A DNA stretch of 64,000 bases from Prasinococcaceae sp. CCMP 1430 (Eukaryota; Plantae; Prasinodermophyta): the NCBI GenBank assembly GCA_013416795.1, contig RQSC01000033.1:92583-156582 (forward strand), given 5' to 3'. Each line of letters starts with the position of its first letter. Position 1 is the stretch's first letter. The translations under genes and the position numbers were made by a program. The notes beneath the pieces are model-generated. The model was not told the DNA's origin, searched no databases, and worked only from the letters and a program-made list of their open reading frames with translations. Positions 10,501 through 21,051 of the stretch are shown here, one piece after another.

Positions 10501-12265
10501 ACATGCCCTCGACCACTTTTGCTGTACCGATGCGCTGGTGCCGAAGGATGAGTCGGGGCGCGCGCGCTCTGGAGCGCTCGCGGTCTCGCACAGCGGCCTG
10601 TTTCAGCGCGGTGGGTCCGATGCGTTCGCATTCGAGGTTGCGGGCGGTGCGCGCCTATTGCGGGGTGGGCTGCGCGAGGTGATCGTCTGCTCGGATGGAA
10701 TGGGGGTCAGGCCTAACTGGTGCATGGAGGAACTCGAGCTCACGCTTGGCGACCAAGTGTACCACTGCTTGCCGCCAAGCGGCGAGGGTGGCCACGACGA
10801 TCATTGGTTGGGGCCAGGCACATCCTCGGGCGCGCTGCGGCGGACATTCGCCGCTTGCTCGGGGCCGGCGCCGCGTCGCACGTCGGCGCTATACACCGTG
10901 CGCGTGCAGGCCGCCGACCTTCGTGGTGCCGGCACCGACTCCGACTTGCAGCTCACCCTGCGCGACGAGCACGAGCGAGTTCTCACGGCACCGCTACCTC
11001 TAGAGCTACGATCCCATCCCTCTACGTCTTGCCTCCGCCGCGCCGAGCTGAGCGTCTTCAAGGAGATGCGTTTCTCTCCCGACATTGGCTTGCCCGCCTC
11101 GCTGCTGCTGCGCACCAACGAGATGGGCCCCAGCCCGGCATTCTGCGTGCGCTGGGTGGAGATCGAGCACGCGCCGAGCGGGGAAAAGGAGACGTACGGG
11201 GCGCGCACTCCGCATGGGTGGCTGGGCACGGGCAAAGCTGGCAGCGAGTCGGGAGGCAGCACGCTGGAGCTCAGGCCAAGGGCAAAAGACACGCACACGG
11301 TGAGCTTCTTCACGGGAGACGAGAAGGGTGCAGGCACGGATGCGGCCGTGCACTGCGAGCTGCACGGCGAACTGAACGGCGCCAAGGCGAGCTCCGGGCG
11401 TATCTTAATCGCCGACGCCGAGGGTGGTGGCGGTGCGTTCGAGCGTAACCGGCGCGACGACTTCTGCCTGCCGATCCCCTCGCTCAGGGGGTGCCCGCTC
11501 ACGAGCGTGACGTTCGGCCACGATGCGGGCGGCGTCGGAGCGGCGTGGTATGTTGACCGTATCGAGGTGGTGTGCCTCGAGACTGGGGCGGAGTACGTGG
11601 CGGAGTGTGCGTGCTGGTTGGGCCGTGAAAAGAGGCCCCTCGAGACCACCGCCAAGCTGATGTCGAAGGCGGAGTGGGAGGCGAGGCTGAAGGACAGGAC
11701 AGCACTGGCTAACACGCAGGTGAGGGTCGCGGCCGTGCCGCCCTCCGTCCCGATTCCGTCTGCTCCCGCACCCAAGCCCGCACCGGTACCTGTGGTCGTG
11801 GCGTCGCCGACGGCAGAGGCCGAGGCCGCGCCCGCGCAGGCAGTAGGCGAGGGTGAGGACACGCTGTACATCGTGCGCATGTTCACCGAGAGGGCGTTCG
11901 GAGCGGGGGGCGGCGCGCGCCTGTCGTTTGCGCTGCAGGGCACTGCCGACGTCAGCGTGGACGTGACACCGCCGCAGCAAGCTGGCTGCTTTGCAGAAGG
12001 TGGGGTGGACGAGTTCGAAGTGAGGCAAGCAGATGTTGGCGACCTGCGCGCCATACGCGTTGCGCTTTCCGGCGAAGGCTTCGGCGCGGGCATCAAGCTT
12101 GCGCGCATCGAGGTGGTGCGGCGAGGGGGCACGGCCGGCGAGGACACGACATGGCGCGTGGCCGGCGGTGTTTGGTTGGGTGGGCAAGAGGGAGCACCGG
12201 TCTCGAGGGAGCTCGAAGTGCAAGCAGACACAGAGGAAACGCAGGCGGGCGGTGCGGCCGCGTAG
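7552..12265 (+). CDS. PH domain + coiled coil + about 9 PLAT/LH2 repeats (LOXHD1-like); exons 7552-7644 and 7766-12265; in-frame TAG at 8483-8485
   Basis: Spliced N-terminus QGYLYKQ|YERAS..WRRRWFFLSGDRLCY...AREWVDAI is a PH domain. Nine repeats of Y-x-V-x-V-x-T...GA-x-T...F-x-RG-x2-D-x-F...HD..PAW-x-L..VE...F/W-x3-WL. Confidence 0.85.
7666..7715. repeat. 18-bp tandem repeat x3 in intron 1 of the PLAT gene
   Basis: CGGCGGCATCGCGC core at 7666, 7684 and 7702. Confidence 0.85.
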
Positions 12266-12435
12266 AGCGCGCCGTGGGTGCGCATGGTATTCGCATGTCC
12301 AGTACCCGCGAGCGATTTCAGTCTGTTGCGATTATGTGTCGTTCCTACGATTGCGCAGGGTGGCACCGCGCGCTCCATGCGCGCGGCGACGCGTGCCTTG
12401 CGCACTGGCGTCCCACGCCCGTCCGTCCCACTTTC

Positions 12436-13152
12436 TTATGACCTGCGCTGCTGTAGGAGCGTCATGCCCATGAAGAGCGTGAGCAGGATCTGCAGCACAC
12501 AGAAGCCCGCAGCCACGCCGTTGAGGAAAAGGTCTATGCGCAGCACGTACGTTTGGTACGTCAGAAAGTACATGTACAGCAGCGCGATGGGAAGCCCGAG
12601 CCCGAGGCTCCATACCAGCGGCGCGAGCGTCTCTGTGAGATTGCCCTTGCTACACAGGAAGCATCGCGAGGGCTCGGCAACGAGCCACAGGAACAGGTAA
12701 GTGAACTCGGCGCCAAAGATGTGGTCCGGGTACGGGAGCGTGAAGCCCTGCACGCGCGAGCGAGCGAGCGCGTGTTGGTGCATGGGCGCAGGCGGGCGAG
12801 GAGGGGGCATGCGGGGGGAAGGGGGGGGGAAATATGAAAGGGGGTAGGGTGGGGGTGGACGGGTGGGTGGGGGTGGCGTTCTGGTCAGCCTGGGCAGCCG
12901 AGTGCCACGCACGCTGGAGGCTGCCAGCGATATTTCGACAGTGTCCGGCCATCGCCGCGCCTCGCGGCGGCATTCCGGGCGAGCGCACAGCGCGGCGTGG
13001 GGCGACTGCGCGTGCGGCAGGGGCGACTGCGCATGCGTCACCTTGTACAGGAAGATGAGGAAGCTGAGGACGAAGTAGATGACGTCGTACCACTTGCCGA
13101 AGTACAGCGCCGCCTGGAGCGTCAGGCTCGTGAGCACCGGCCGCGGCGCCAT
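12436..13152 (-). CDS. TMEM216: TMEM216/TMEM17-family ciliary transition-zone membrane protein; exons 13152-13042 and 12747-12436
   Basis: LQAALYFGKWY..YF.L.FLIFLYK|GFTLPYP...KGNLTE...YQTYVLRIDLFLNG follows the TMEM216 consensus. GTGACG...GCAG intron, phase 0. Confidence 0.88.
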   Translation of the reverse strand: MAPRPVLTSLTLQAALYFGKWYDVIYFVLSFLIFLYKVTHAQSPLPHAQSPHAALCARPECRREARRWPDTVEISLAASSVRGTRLPRLTRTPPPPTRPPPPYPLSYFPPPSPRMPPPRPPAPMHQHALARSRVQGFTLPYPDHIFGAEFTYLFLWLVAEPSRCFLCSKGNLTETLAPLVWSLGLGLPIALLYMYFLTYQTYVLRIDLFLNGVAAGFCVLQILLTLFMGMTLLQQRRS

Positions 13153-13552
13153 CGCGCCCCGCCCTCCGCGCTGCAGCGCGCGGGACACCCCCTTCCCTCT
13201 CCTCTCCCCCTCTTTAAAGACAGCGAGCGCAGCGCCCCCTCTCCGAAGGCCCTGCCCCGCCTGTCCAGCCGCGCGCCGCCGCCGAGCCACGCGCAGCACG
13301 CCGCCCGCTCGCGCTGTGGCGCGGCGAGCGCGGGCGGGCCGGTTCGCGCACGCGCGTGCGTTCCCCTGCGGCCAAAACCAAAAACCGCTCATCGAAATGC
13401 GGACCCTCGCGCCCGTTTTTCGGATGCCTTTCGATGACGATTCCCCAAAAAGACGCGGAATGCGAAAACTTCGAACCGCGAAATGAGTTTTTGAATCGCG
13501 CGCGCGCGCGCGCGCCCCGGGGAACCGCGCCGAATCATAAGGGTGTGAAATA

Positions 13553-13560
13553 TAGGGTTT
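13553..13560 (-). promoter_or_regulatory. Telo-box (AAACCCTA) upstream of FCF1
   Basis: TAGGGTTT 114 bp before the FCF1 ATG. Telo-boxes are established in plant ribosome-biogenesis and translation gene promoters. Confidence 0.5.
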
Positions 13561-13673
13561 GTGTATATATTCATTTTGATGTGTGATTGTGGCGTGATGT
13601 TTGGGTTGGCGGGGGCGCGCGGGCGCGGCTGAGGCGAAGGCGCGCGCGCGGGGGGTGGGGTGGGGCGGCAGCC

Positions 13674-14306
13674 ATGAGCTCGCGCATGCGCAAGACGCGC
13701 AAGTTCGCGGAGGTGAAGCGCCTGCTGAACCCTAAGGAGGCGCGCACGCACGCCGAAGAGGTGCTGACGCCCAAGGGCAAGGCGGGCGTCGCGAAAAAGA
13801 AGAAGGCCAAAGGCAAGGACGACAAGCCGCTCGTGCGGCACGTGGAGAAGGCGTCGTCGTCGCTCTTCTTCAAGTACAACGAGGCGCTCGGCCCGCCGTA
13901 CCGCATCCTGGCGGACACCAACTTCATCAACTTTTCCATTAAGAACAAGCTCGACCTGGTGACGGCCGCGGAGGACTGCCTCTGCGCCAAGGTGACCATC
14001 TGCATCACCGACGCGGTCATGGCCGAGCTCGAGAAGCTCGGCGGGCGGTACCGCCTGGCGCTGCGCGTCGCCAAAGACCCGCGCTTCGAGCGCCTGCCCG
14101 CGATGCGTGAGGGCGCCACATACGCGGACGACGACCTCGTGGAGCGCGTGCAGGCGCACAGGTGCTACATCGTCGCCACGTGCGACAAGGACCTCAAGCG
14201 CCGCCTGCGCAAGATCCCGGGCGTGCCCATCATGTACATTCACAACCATCGCTGCTCCATCGAGAGGCTACCGGACGCCACGCTCGGCAACGCCCCTAAG
14301 TGGTGA
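13674..14306 (+). CDS. FCF1: rRNA-processing PIN-domain nuclease FCF1/UTP24
   Basis: RKTRKFAEVKRLL, SSLFFKYNEALGPPYRILADTNFINFSIKNKLD, YADDDLVERV, YIVATCDKDLKRRLRKIPGVPIMYI. Confidence 0.97.
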   Translation: MSSRMRKTRKFAEVKRLLNPKEARTHAEEVLTPKGKAGVAKKKKAKGKDDKPLVRHVEKASSSLFFKYNEALGPPYRILADTNFINFSIKNKLDLVTAAEDCLCAKVTICITDAVMAELEKLGGRYRLALRVAKDPRFERLPAMREGATYADDDLVERVQAHRCYIVATCDKDLKRRLRKIPGVPIMYIHNHRCSIERLPDATLGNAPKW

Positions 14307-14427
14307 TGCCGAGGCCGCATGGCCGCGCGCCTGGCGCCAGCGCCGACCTGTACGTGTATGCAAGCTCCGCTGTACTGTAATTCGCCTGACGGACTACGCC
14401 GCGACAGCACGCGCCCGGGCCCGCCTC

Positions 14428-16166
14428 TCACGAGAAGGTCGTCATGCGGATCCATCGTGTGACGATGTGCTTCTCACCCTCTTTGACCGGGCAGCCTCCG
14501 TGGAGGGCACGCTTGTCCGGGCTCATGTTGGGATGAAAGTTGTAGAAGAGCAGAGCATCCCCTGCGTTGGGCGCCACCTTCAGGACTGCGGGGAGAAGCG
14601 CCGCGCGCGGGTCAGACGGCCAGCGGAATCGCGCACGAGAGCGCGCATCGCCCATTCTCAACCCTTGCGAGCAGAGCGGGCGCGTGCTGGCTGGCGCGCA
14701 CGGCCCACGAGCGCGCGAGTCGCACCGTCCTCCTTCGTGCACCAATCCTTCCAGTATTCGTCACTCTGGCGCTTGTTCTCGGAGCGGATGTCGAAGTCAC
14801 GGGCGGCGGTCGCCGAGCCGTCGCCACCCATGTAGCGCGCATTGGCTGGCAGCATCATGCGATGAAAGCTTGGCAGGTCGGTCGGTGCGTCTTCGCCTGC
14901 GGAGGCGATTCCGTAGTTGACGGGCAGGCCCTCTGGGTCGGCGTGCGCGAAGGCCGTCTCGCCGCCGCGGTCGGGCGACTTGATGTAGAACAAGAAGGTC
15001 GCCCACCGGTCCTTGCCCCTGCGCATGAACTCCAGGCAGCTCGTGGCCATTCCGGAACCGATAGGCTGGCCCTCCGGGGGGTCTTCGTAGCAATAATCAG
15101 TGTGCGGTTCATACTGCTGGTCGTGCTCGTACCTCAGATAGTACATGCCCTCGCCGTTGTCTCGGGGTGTGTGCGTGGCGTTGGCGATGCGCTCCTCAAT
15201 GGCAAGCACAACTTCATCGCGTAGCCCGCCCACGAGGAAGACGCCACTGCTCGTCCTGGAGCGATCGACGGCCTTGTTTTCGTCGTCGGAGACCACCTTG
15301 GAGCGCGAGAGGTGACCCGCCACGAGATCTTCAATGTGCGCGCGCTCTGCCTTGCTGATAAAGTTGCGATAGATCACCGCCCTGGGGGCCCACGAAACCA
15401 CCTCGGTCACGAAGGCGCTCCCGTCGTTGGCGGCCGTGCGCAGGTGTACGTGTGACTCGCGACGGGCAAAATCCCGCGCTGAGGCACTTGAGAGTGACGT
15501 GCTCCGCTCCGAGTGGGCCGCGGCTATGGCATCCTCCTCCTCCGCGAGATGGCGGCGCACAGAGCCAAGGCTGCCCCCAGCGGCGGCTTTCACCTCCATT
15601 TGCTGCGTGCGCACGCTCTGTGCCTTCTCGAGGTCGCGCTGCAGCTCCTCGAGCCTGCGGAGGTGGGTAGCGGCGTCGTCCTGCGCGCCCTTTGTGCGCT
15701 TTCTCTGCGCGCGCTCTGCGTCGTTGGCGCTCTCGACGGCCGCGGCTTTCGCATCCAGCTCAGCGGCACTGGCTTTGCGAGCGTCCGTTACCTCCGTGAT
15801 GCGCGTGAGGAGCTTGGCACGCGTCGCGCTGGCAGGAGCGTCCAGACGGGCGTACAGGAAGCCGCACATTGCCCATGCCAGAACAAGCATCACCAACGCG
15901 ACCACGCGCATCATACCGCTGCTGCTCCCGCGCGACCCTCGCCCGCGACTGTTGCCGGCATCGCCGTATCCGCGGGCGGGCGCGGTCGAAGGGGGCGCCC
16001 AGTGCGATCCAGTACTTATCGCACTACTGTCCGCGGCGCCCGTCGCGATGCCGCCCGCGAACGTGTCGCTCACTCGCGAGCGCTGCTGTTGCGCCGCCGC
16101 GCCCTGGCCAGCAGGATGATGGTGGTACACGTCGAGCGAGTCTGCGAGCGCCCTGTGGCCCGCCAT
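14428..16166 (-). CDS. P4H: Type II membrane prolyl 4-hydroxylase (2OG-Fe(II) dioxygenase) with coiled-coil stem; exons 16166-14726 and 14585-14428
   Basis: VVSWAPRAVIYRNFIS, RSKVVS...RTSSGVFL, YEPHTDY (HxD), GGETAF, GDALLFYN, ALHGGCPVKEGEK. Phase-1 GTGCGA...GCAG intron. Confidence 0.92.
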
Positions 16167-16535
16167 CTCTGCAGGCGCTCCGAGCGAGGGTCGACCATCG
16201 CCTTCGGCGGCCCCCGGCGCCCCGCCGCAACGCGCCCCCAGTGGCGCTCGCGCGCGCGGTACGCCGCCGCCACTGCTTGCCGCGCCGCGCAACGCCCGCC
16301 CAACACCCCCCGGGCATCCGCAGGGTCCATCAGATGGCAAGGGCCAGAATTAAAGGTTTCACGCTTTGAAGGGTTTGTGTTCCCATGACGCGCACGACGC
16401 ATGATGGCCTTGTCGTTGGTGCGATGCCGAGGCACACCCGCAGCTCGGGTTTGGGTTTGGTTTCGTCCCCCCCCCCCCCTCCGCGCGCGCGGCGTGCGCT
16501 GCGTGTGGCGCGCGAGCGCGACATGCGGGAACCTG

Positions 16536-16563
16536 CACACACACGCACACACACACACACACT

Positions 16564-16592
<29 letters not shown>
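16536..16592. repeat. (CA)n microsatellite
   Basis: Imperfect CA run in the divergent intergenic region. Confidence 0.9.
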
Positions 16593-16594
<2 letters not shown>

Positions 16595-17151
16595 CCACGC
16601 CCTCCCCCCCTCCTCCACCCTGCGCACCCACGCACGCGCGCGCTCACAGCACGCGCGTCGTCGCGTCCCACGCTGCATGCGTTTCGATGGTTGATGGCGC
16701 CGCATGCGTTTCGATGGCGGAACCGGAGTGGCGCGACAAAAAAAATAAAAAATAAAACGCGCGACGGCGGACGCGGACGCGTTTCGCGGATCCGGATCCG
16801 TCCGTGCATCCATCGGCGGGAAGCTTTTAATTTTTTTTTCGACGCCCCTTTCCGCCGACGGATGGATTTCCCGGTGGATCGATCCATCGCCGTCGATCGA
16901 CGCCGAGCCATCGATCGCCCGCCCGCAGCGTTTTTTTTATTTTTTTTTATTTGGGTGCGTTTTGCGTGTGTGGTCCGGCATTCGACGCAGTGCGTTTTGA
17001 TGGCGGCGTGGCGAGGCGCGCGCGGGCGCGCGGGCGCGCCACACCGCGCGCGTCTGCGTCGGCCGCGCGGGCGCTGCGCGCGCCCCGCGCCCCGCCAGCG
17101 GGTGCGCTCACCGCACGGTGCGGGCCGACGGCATGCACGGTCGCGCACACG

Positions 17152-18579
17152 ATGGTGGGGTCGGTCAGGTGCATGGCCATGGTGCCGACCAGCCGCGCGT
17201 CAGACGCTGCGGGCATGTACGTCAGCGGCGGCACGGTCGACCTCGCAGCGCTCGCGGCCAAGGCTGTGGACGCAATCGTGCGCGCGTGCGGCCCCGCAGC
17301 GTCTGCACAGGCGGTGCAGGCCAAGTACGCGACGATATTTGTGGCGATCGACGCGGCACTGCGCGGAGCGGATGCAAACTCCGCGCTTGCGGGCCGCCCG
17401 TCGCCCGTGCAGGGCCGCTCGTGGACGCAGGCGCGCAAGGCGACGATTGCCGCAAAGGAGGCTGCAAATGAGCTCGCAACGGTCAGGTTTGACGTTCCTG
17501 TGGGCGCGCTGCCCGTGCCACCGCCACGCATGCCGTACAAGCCTCCCGCGAACGCCGATCTGCCGCCCGTGACGTCGCTGGACGAGCTGGCGCCGCAGAG
17601 CAACACCAGTCACGACGGGTCCGGCGACGCCGACTTCTTGGCAGGCGGGCTCAGCGACGCCGACGCTGACGACTTTCTGGGTGGCTTCGAGGAGGACGCA
17701 GATGATTGGGAAGTCACAGATGCCGGGGAATGGGGTGGGGTTGGCGAGGACGGCGGCTTTGATGACCTCGGCGGGGAGCGCGGCGCGGGGGCGTTCGGGG
17801 GGCTGCGGGCCGGTGAGGACGACGAGTTCGGTGACCTCTTCGGCGGCAATTTCGGGGGGCTGGGCGACGGGGACGATCCCTTCGATGCCTTTGGGAGTCA
17901 CGGCGGCGGGGACGAGCTAGGTCCGGGCGGAATGGGCGGTGGCGGTGCGTTGGAGCAGGAGCGCGACAGTGGTGGCACGTTCGATGCGTTCTCGCTCGCG
18001 TCGCCCGCTGCAACGCCTCATGTTGCCTTCGGGAGTGGTCTCACCAAGCTGCCTCCTCCCAGCGCGAGCAGCGGGTTCGCGTCCGCAGGGCCTAGCCAGA
18101 CCCTTGACTTTGACGTCGCGCCCGCGAGCTTCGGCCGCGGCGGGGGCACGCGCGCCGTCGACCTGCCACTGCAGGTCGCCGGCCGGTCGCTGTTTGACGA
18201 GCCACTGTCACCTGCCGTCGCGGGTGCCCCCCCCACACGGGAGCTCATCGCGCGTGTCCTGCCGGCGCTGGGCGGTGCGTACGTGGACGTCCTCGTGGAG
18301 CTGCCAGAGCCTACCCAAGAGGCATACACTGCGACCCTGACGGTGCCGAGCACGTGCGAGCTGCAGCAGGCGTGGCCGCGCGCAGAGTGGGACAGCAAGG
18401 TTCGCGGGGTCACGTGGGTGGGCGAGGCTGGCCGTACGCCGTCTGGACGGACGGCGTGTGCCGCGCGCTTTGTGGCCGCCGCGGGCGTCCCCCCCGCCTC
18501 AGCCGCGGCACAGCTGCGCGAGCGAGCGTCAGTCACGCTCTCGTGTGGGCGCGACAGCTACGTGTACATGCGCTCGTAA
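17152..18579 (+). CDS. TML: TPLATE/TSET complex muniscin-like subunit (TML-like): longin-like N-terminus, acidic D/F/G-rich linker, shortened mu-homology-like C-terminus; 5' end uncertain
   Basis: AAKAVDAIVRAC...KYATIFVAIDAALRG...SW...RFDVP parallels the plant TML pattern VNQAVSVIVTAC...KYAEVYMALDIVLRG...SW...RFELP, and DPF/DAF-rich linker motifs follow. Confidence 0.7.
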   Translation: MVGSVRCMAMVPTSRASDAAGMYVSGGTVDLAALAAKAVDAIVRACGPAASAQAVQAKYATIFVAIDAALRGADANSALAGRPSPVQGRSWTQARKATIAAKEAANELATVRFDVPVGALPVPPPRMPYKPPANADLPPVTSLDELAPQSNTSHDGSGDADFLAGGLSDADADDFLGGFEEDADDWEVTDAGEWGGVGEDGGFDDLGGERGAGAFGGLRAGEDDEFGDLFGGNFGGLGDGDDPFDAFGSHGGGDELGPGGMGGGGALEQERDSGGTFDAFSLASPAATPHVAFGSGLTKLPPPSASSGFASAGPSQTLDFDVAPASFGRGGGTRAVDLPLQVAGRSLFDEPLSPAVAGAPPTRELIARVLPALGGAYVDVLVELPEPTQEAYTATLTVPSTCELQQAWPRAEWDSKVRGVTWVGEAGRTPSGRTACAARFVAAAGVPPASAAAQLRERASVTLSCGRDSYVYMRS

Positions 18580-18798
18580 GCACGAGCCCAGCCGCCCGCG
18601 GGCCGGCGGGTGGCCTACTGTACGATCACCTCTCAAACTCTCAACTGTAGTCCCTCCCCCCCCCCCCCCCCCGCTGCCCCGGAAGCCACGCCGGCGCTCT
18701 GTAGACGTCCGCGCACAGCTGCGGCAGCGCTCCTCTCTAGGGGAAAAGCGACCCACAGCACTTGAGGAAAAAATGCAACGCTCGAGAGCTGTAACTTC

Positions 18799-19383
18799 TT
18801 ACTTGGCTATCTTGGGCGACCACGCAAAAACAAAGTCCTTCACCCTCTCCCCCCGCGCACCCTCACGCCTCGCCTTGCGCTGCTCGAGCGCCGCCTTGCG
18901 CGCAACAGCACCCTTCTCGAACATCGCGTTGTAGCGCTCGATAAAGCGCCGAAAGCGCAGATTCTCGGCCTTGAGTTTGTTTCGGCGCGCTCCGCGCATG
19001 AAGACGGGCTTCTTCTCGCTGTAATCGCGCTGCGAGATGCCGCCCGCCACCCGCCCAGGCATCAGGATGTGCTGGTGCTTGTGCAGCCGCTTGACGTCCT
19101 GTACGTAGTTGTACGGTGCGATCTCCATCGACACATTGGCGCCTTCGTCCGCTCCCACGTCGTCCTCCTGCCGGCGCGAGGAGCTCCGCCCACCGGCCTC
19201 CTGTCGGCGCACGGCCTCTTCGTGGCGATCCCAGCCGTCGCGTGGCGTCCGAAACTGGCTGAACTTGCCGAAAATCATGGCGTACCCTCGCGAAAGCGCG
19301 GGGGCTGTCGACGCCTGCGCTGCCACGCTGCTTGCTGCACGTGCGGCGGCCGCCATCGCGCCGCTGCACCGCTGCGTGAGCAT
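18799..19383 (-). CDS. Basic, probably mitochondrion-targeted protein, weakly bS21m-like (alternative start 19356)
   Basis: Ala/Arg/Ser-rich presequence-like N-terminus ending in RGY, coding-like codon usage and an R-D-Y-S-EK-K-P...R/K-rich segment reminiscent of ribosomal S21. The family call is tentative. Confidence 0.55.
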   Translation of the reverse strand: MLTQRCSGAMAAAARAASSVAAQASTAPALSRGYAMIFGKFSQFRTPRDGWDRHEEAVRRQEAGGRSSSRRQEDDVGADEGANVSMEIAPYNYVQDVKRLHKHQHILMPGRVAGGISQRDYSEKKPVFMRGARRNKLKAENLRFRRFIERYNAMFEKGAVARKAALEQRKARREGARGERVKDFVFAWSPKIAK

Positions 19384-19440
19384 GCCCCCCCCCCCCACAC
19401 ACACACCCTTTGTTCCCCGACCCCCCTGGACACCGAGCGC

Positions 19441-19940
19441 TTAGACCTACAACCGCCCACCGGGCAGAGGGCACACAGAGGGGGGCCAGGCACGCGAGCG
19501 TCAGCGACGGTCGAATGGCGCTGCTCGACAGACGCACACACTCTAGGGTTGCCACGCAAGCACAATGGCAGCAGCGGCATGCGCGGCGCGAGAGCGCGCG
19601 ACGCACGTCGAAGCCCTCGGCGCGCAGGCACTTCTTGTGGGCCTCGATGAGGTCCTTGCACTTGTCCTCGCCGTTGAGCGCGATGCACTGCGGTGCGTGC
19701 GCGCATGTCAGCGCCAGATTGCTGCCGCGGCCTCGTCACCCCCGCTGCTGCGTGCATCCTGCGCCCCCAGCGCAGGTGCGCGAGCGCGTGTGAGCGCGCG
19801 CGCGCGCGCGCGTGTTCGCGCGGCTGCAAGCGCACCTCGTCGCGCGGGCGCTTCGTCTCCGGACACGCGCAGCAAATCTTCTTCTTCGGCTTGGCGCCGC
19901 CTGCCGGCGCCGCCGCCGCCGCCGCCTCGCCCGCCGACAT
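19441..19940 (-). CDS. COX17: Cytochrome c oxidase copper chaperone COX17; exons 19940-19836, 19687-19607 and 19446-19441
   Basis: KICCACPETKRPRDE|CIALNGEDKCKDLIEAHKKCLRAEGFD|V* has the CCxC and twin CX9C motifs. Both introns are GTGCG...AG. Confidence 0.95.
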
Positions 19941-20270
19941 GCCCGCAGCACACGCACGGTGTGGCAGCAGCGCCGCGCGCGCCTGCATAACCCGTCCGGA
20001 GCAGTGCCGATATTCGGGTCCTGGTCCCCCTCATCAAGTCACATTGGTGGCGGAAAATGGAACGTACTCGATGTGAGTGTGTGTGTTTGATCTACGGCAC
20101 GTCACTAACGTCAAGACGCTGCTGGCGATGGCGGCCGGCGGCGACGCGGCGGCACAGAGCGTGCGGGCGGAGCGCAGGCGCGCCCTTGCGTCCCCTGGTG
20201 GGGGACAGGGTGGGGGGGCGCTGGCCGGTGCCGACGCGGGAGAGCCGCGGCGGAACGCGCGGGAGGCGCG

Positions 20271-20911
20271 ATGGCGTTGCGGAGGGCCGCCGCGGCCTGG
20301 ACGCGGCGAGGGCGCGGGCCAGGGGGGGCGGCGCGGCGCTCGCGCGCGCGCGGCCCGTGTCGAGCAGCTCCGTGGCGGCGCAGGCGGGCAAGCAGCAACG
20401 GCAGGGGGGCAAGCAGCAGCGCTCGCTGGCCGCGGCCGAGCAGCAGAACAACCAGATCACCGATCGCATCCCGGAACCGCCCGTGACTGCGCCCGAGGCG
20501 GCGGGCTACTCGATCTTCATCGCGGCAGGCTTGGGCATGGCGGGGTACGCCGCGTACAGCGTCGGGTCTGAGCTGCTGATCACGCCGAAACACCAGAGGG
20601 TGTTCGACGAGGCGCTCGAGATCGTGCGCAAAGACCGCAACGTGCAATCGAGGCTAGGGTCGCCGCTCAAGGGCTTCGGCGCAGACAGCCGCAACCGCTC
20701 CGCGCGGCAGCAAATCCCGCACAAGCTTTACAAGGATGAGGCCGGCTTGGAGCATGTGTATGTTGAGTTCCAGGTCTCCGGTCCGGGGGGGCAGGCGCGC
20801 GTGTCGGCCGACAAGCGCAACGACAGCGACGACTTCTCGTTCCTGTATGTCGATCTGCCTGTGGGCGGGGCGCGATCGAGGAGGGCTCAGCGTGTGCAGC
20901 TCAGGCCATGA
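20271..20911 (+). CDS. TIM21: Mitochondrial import inner membrane translocase subunit TIM21 (apparent frameshift between the presequence and the mature part)
   Basis: YSIFIAAGLGMAGYAAYSVGSELL..RVFDEALEIVRKD..V...LGSPLKGFGADSRNR..RQQIPHKLYKDE.G.EH..V.F.V.G. MALRRAAAAWTRR at 20271 is in another frame, upstream of a G7 run and a (CG)n run. Confidence 0.88.
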
Positions 20912-21051
20912 ATGGCCGACTGGCAGCGCGGACTGGCACATGATAAGTTGGTCTCAAGTTTTGAATAATGTGTCACACATTTGTACTGTACAATGTTCGC
21001 GGAGCGACTCTGCACGCGATCAGCACGGGAATGCAGTCCCTCGCTGGGAGC

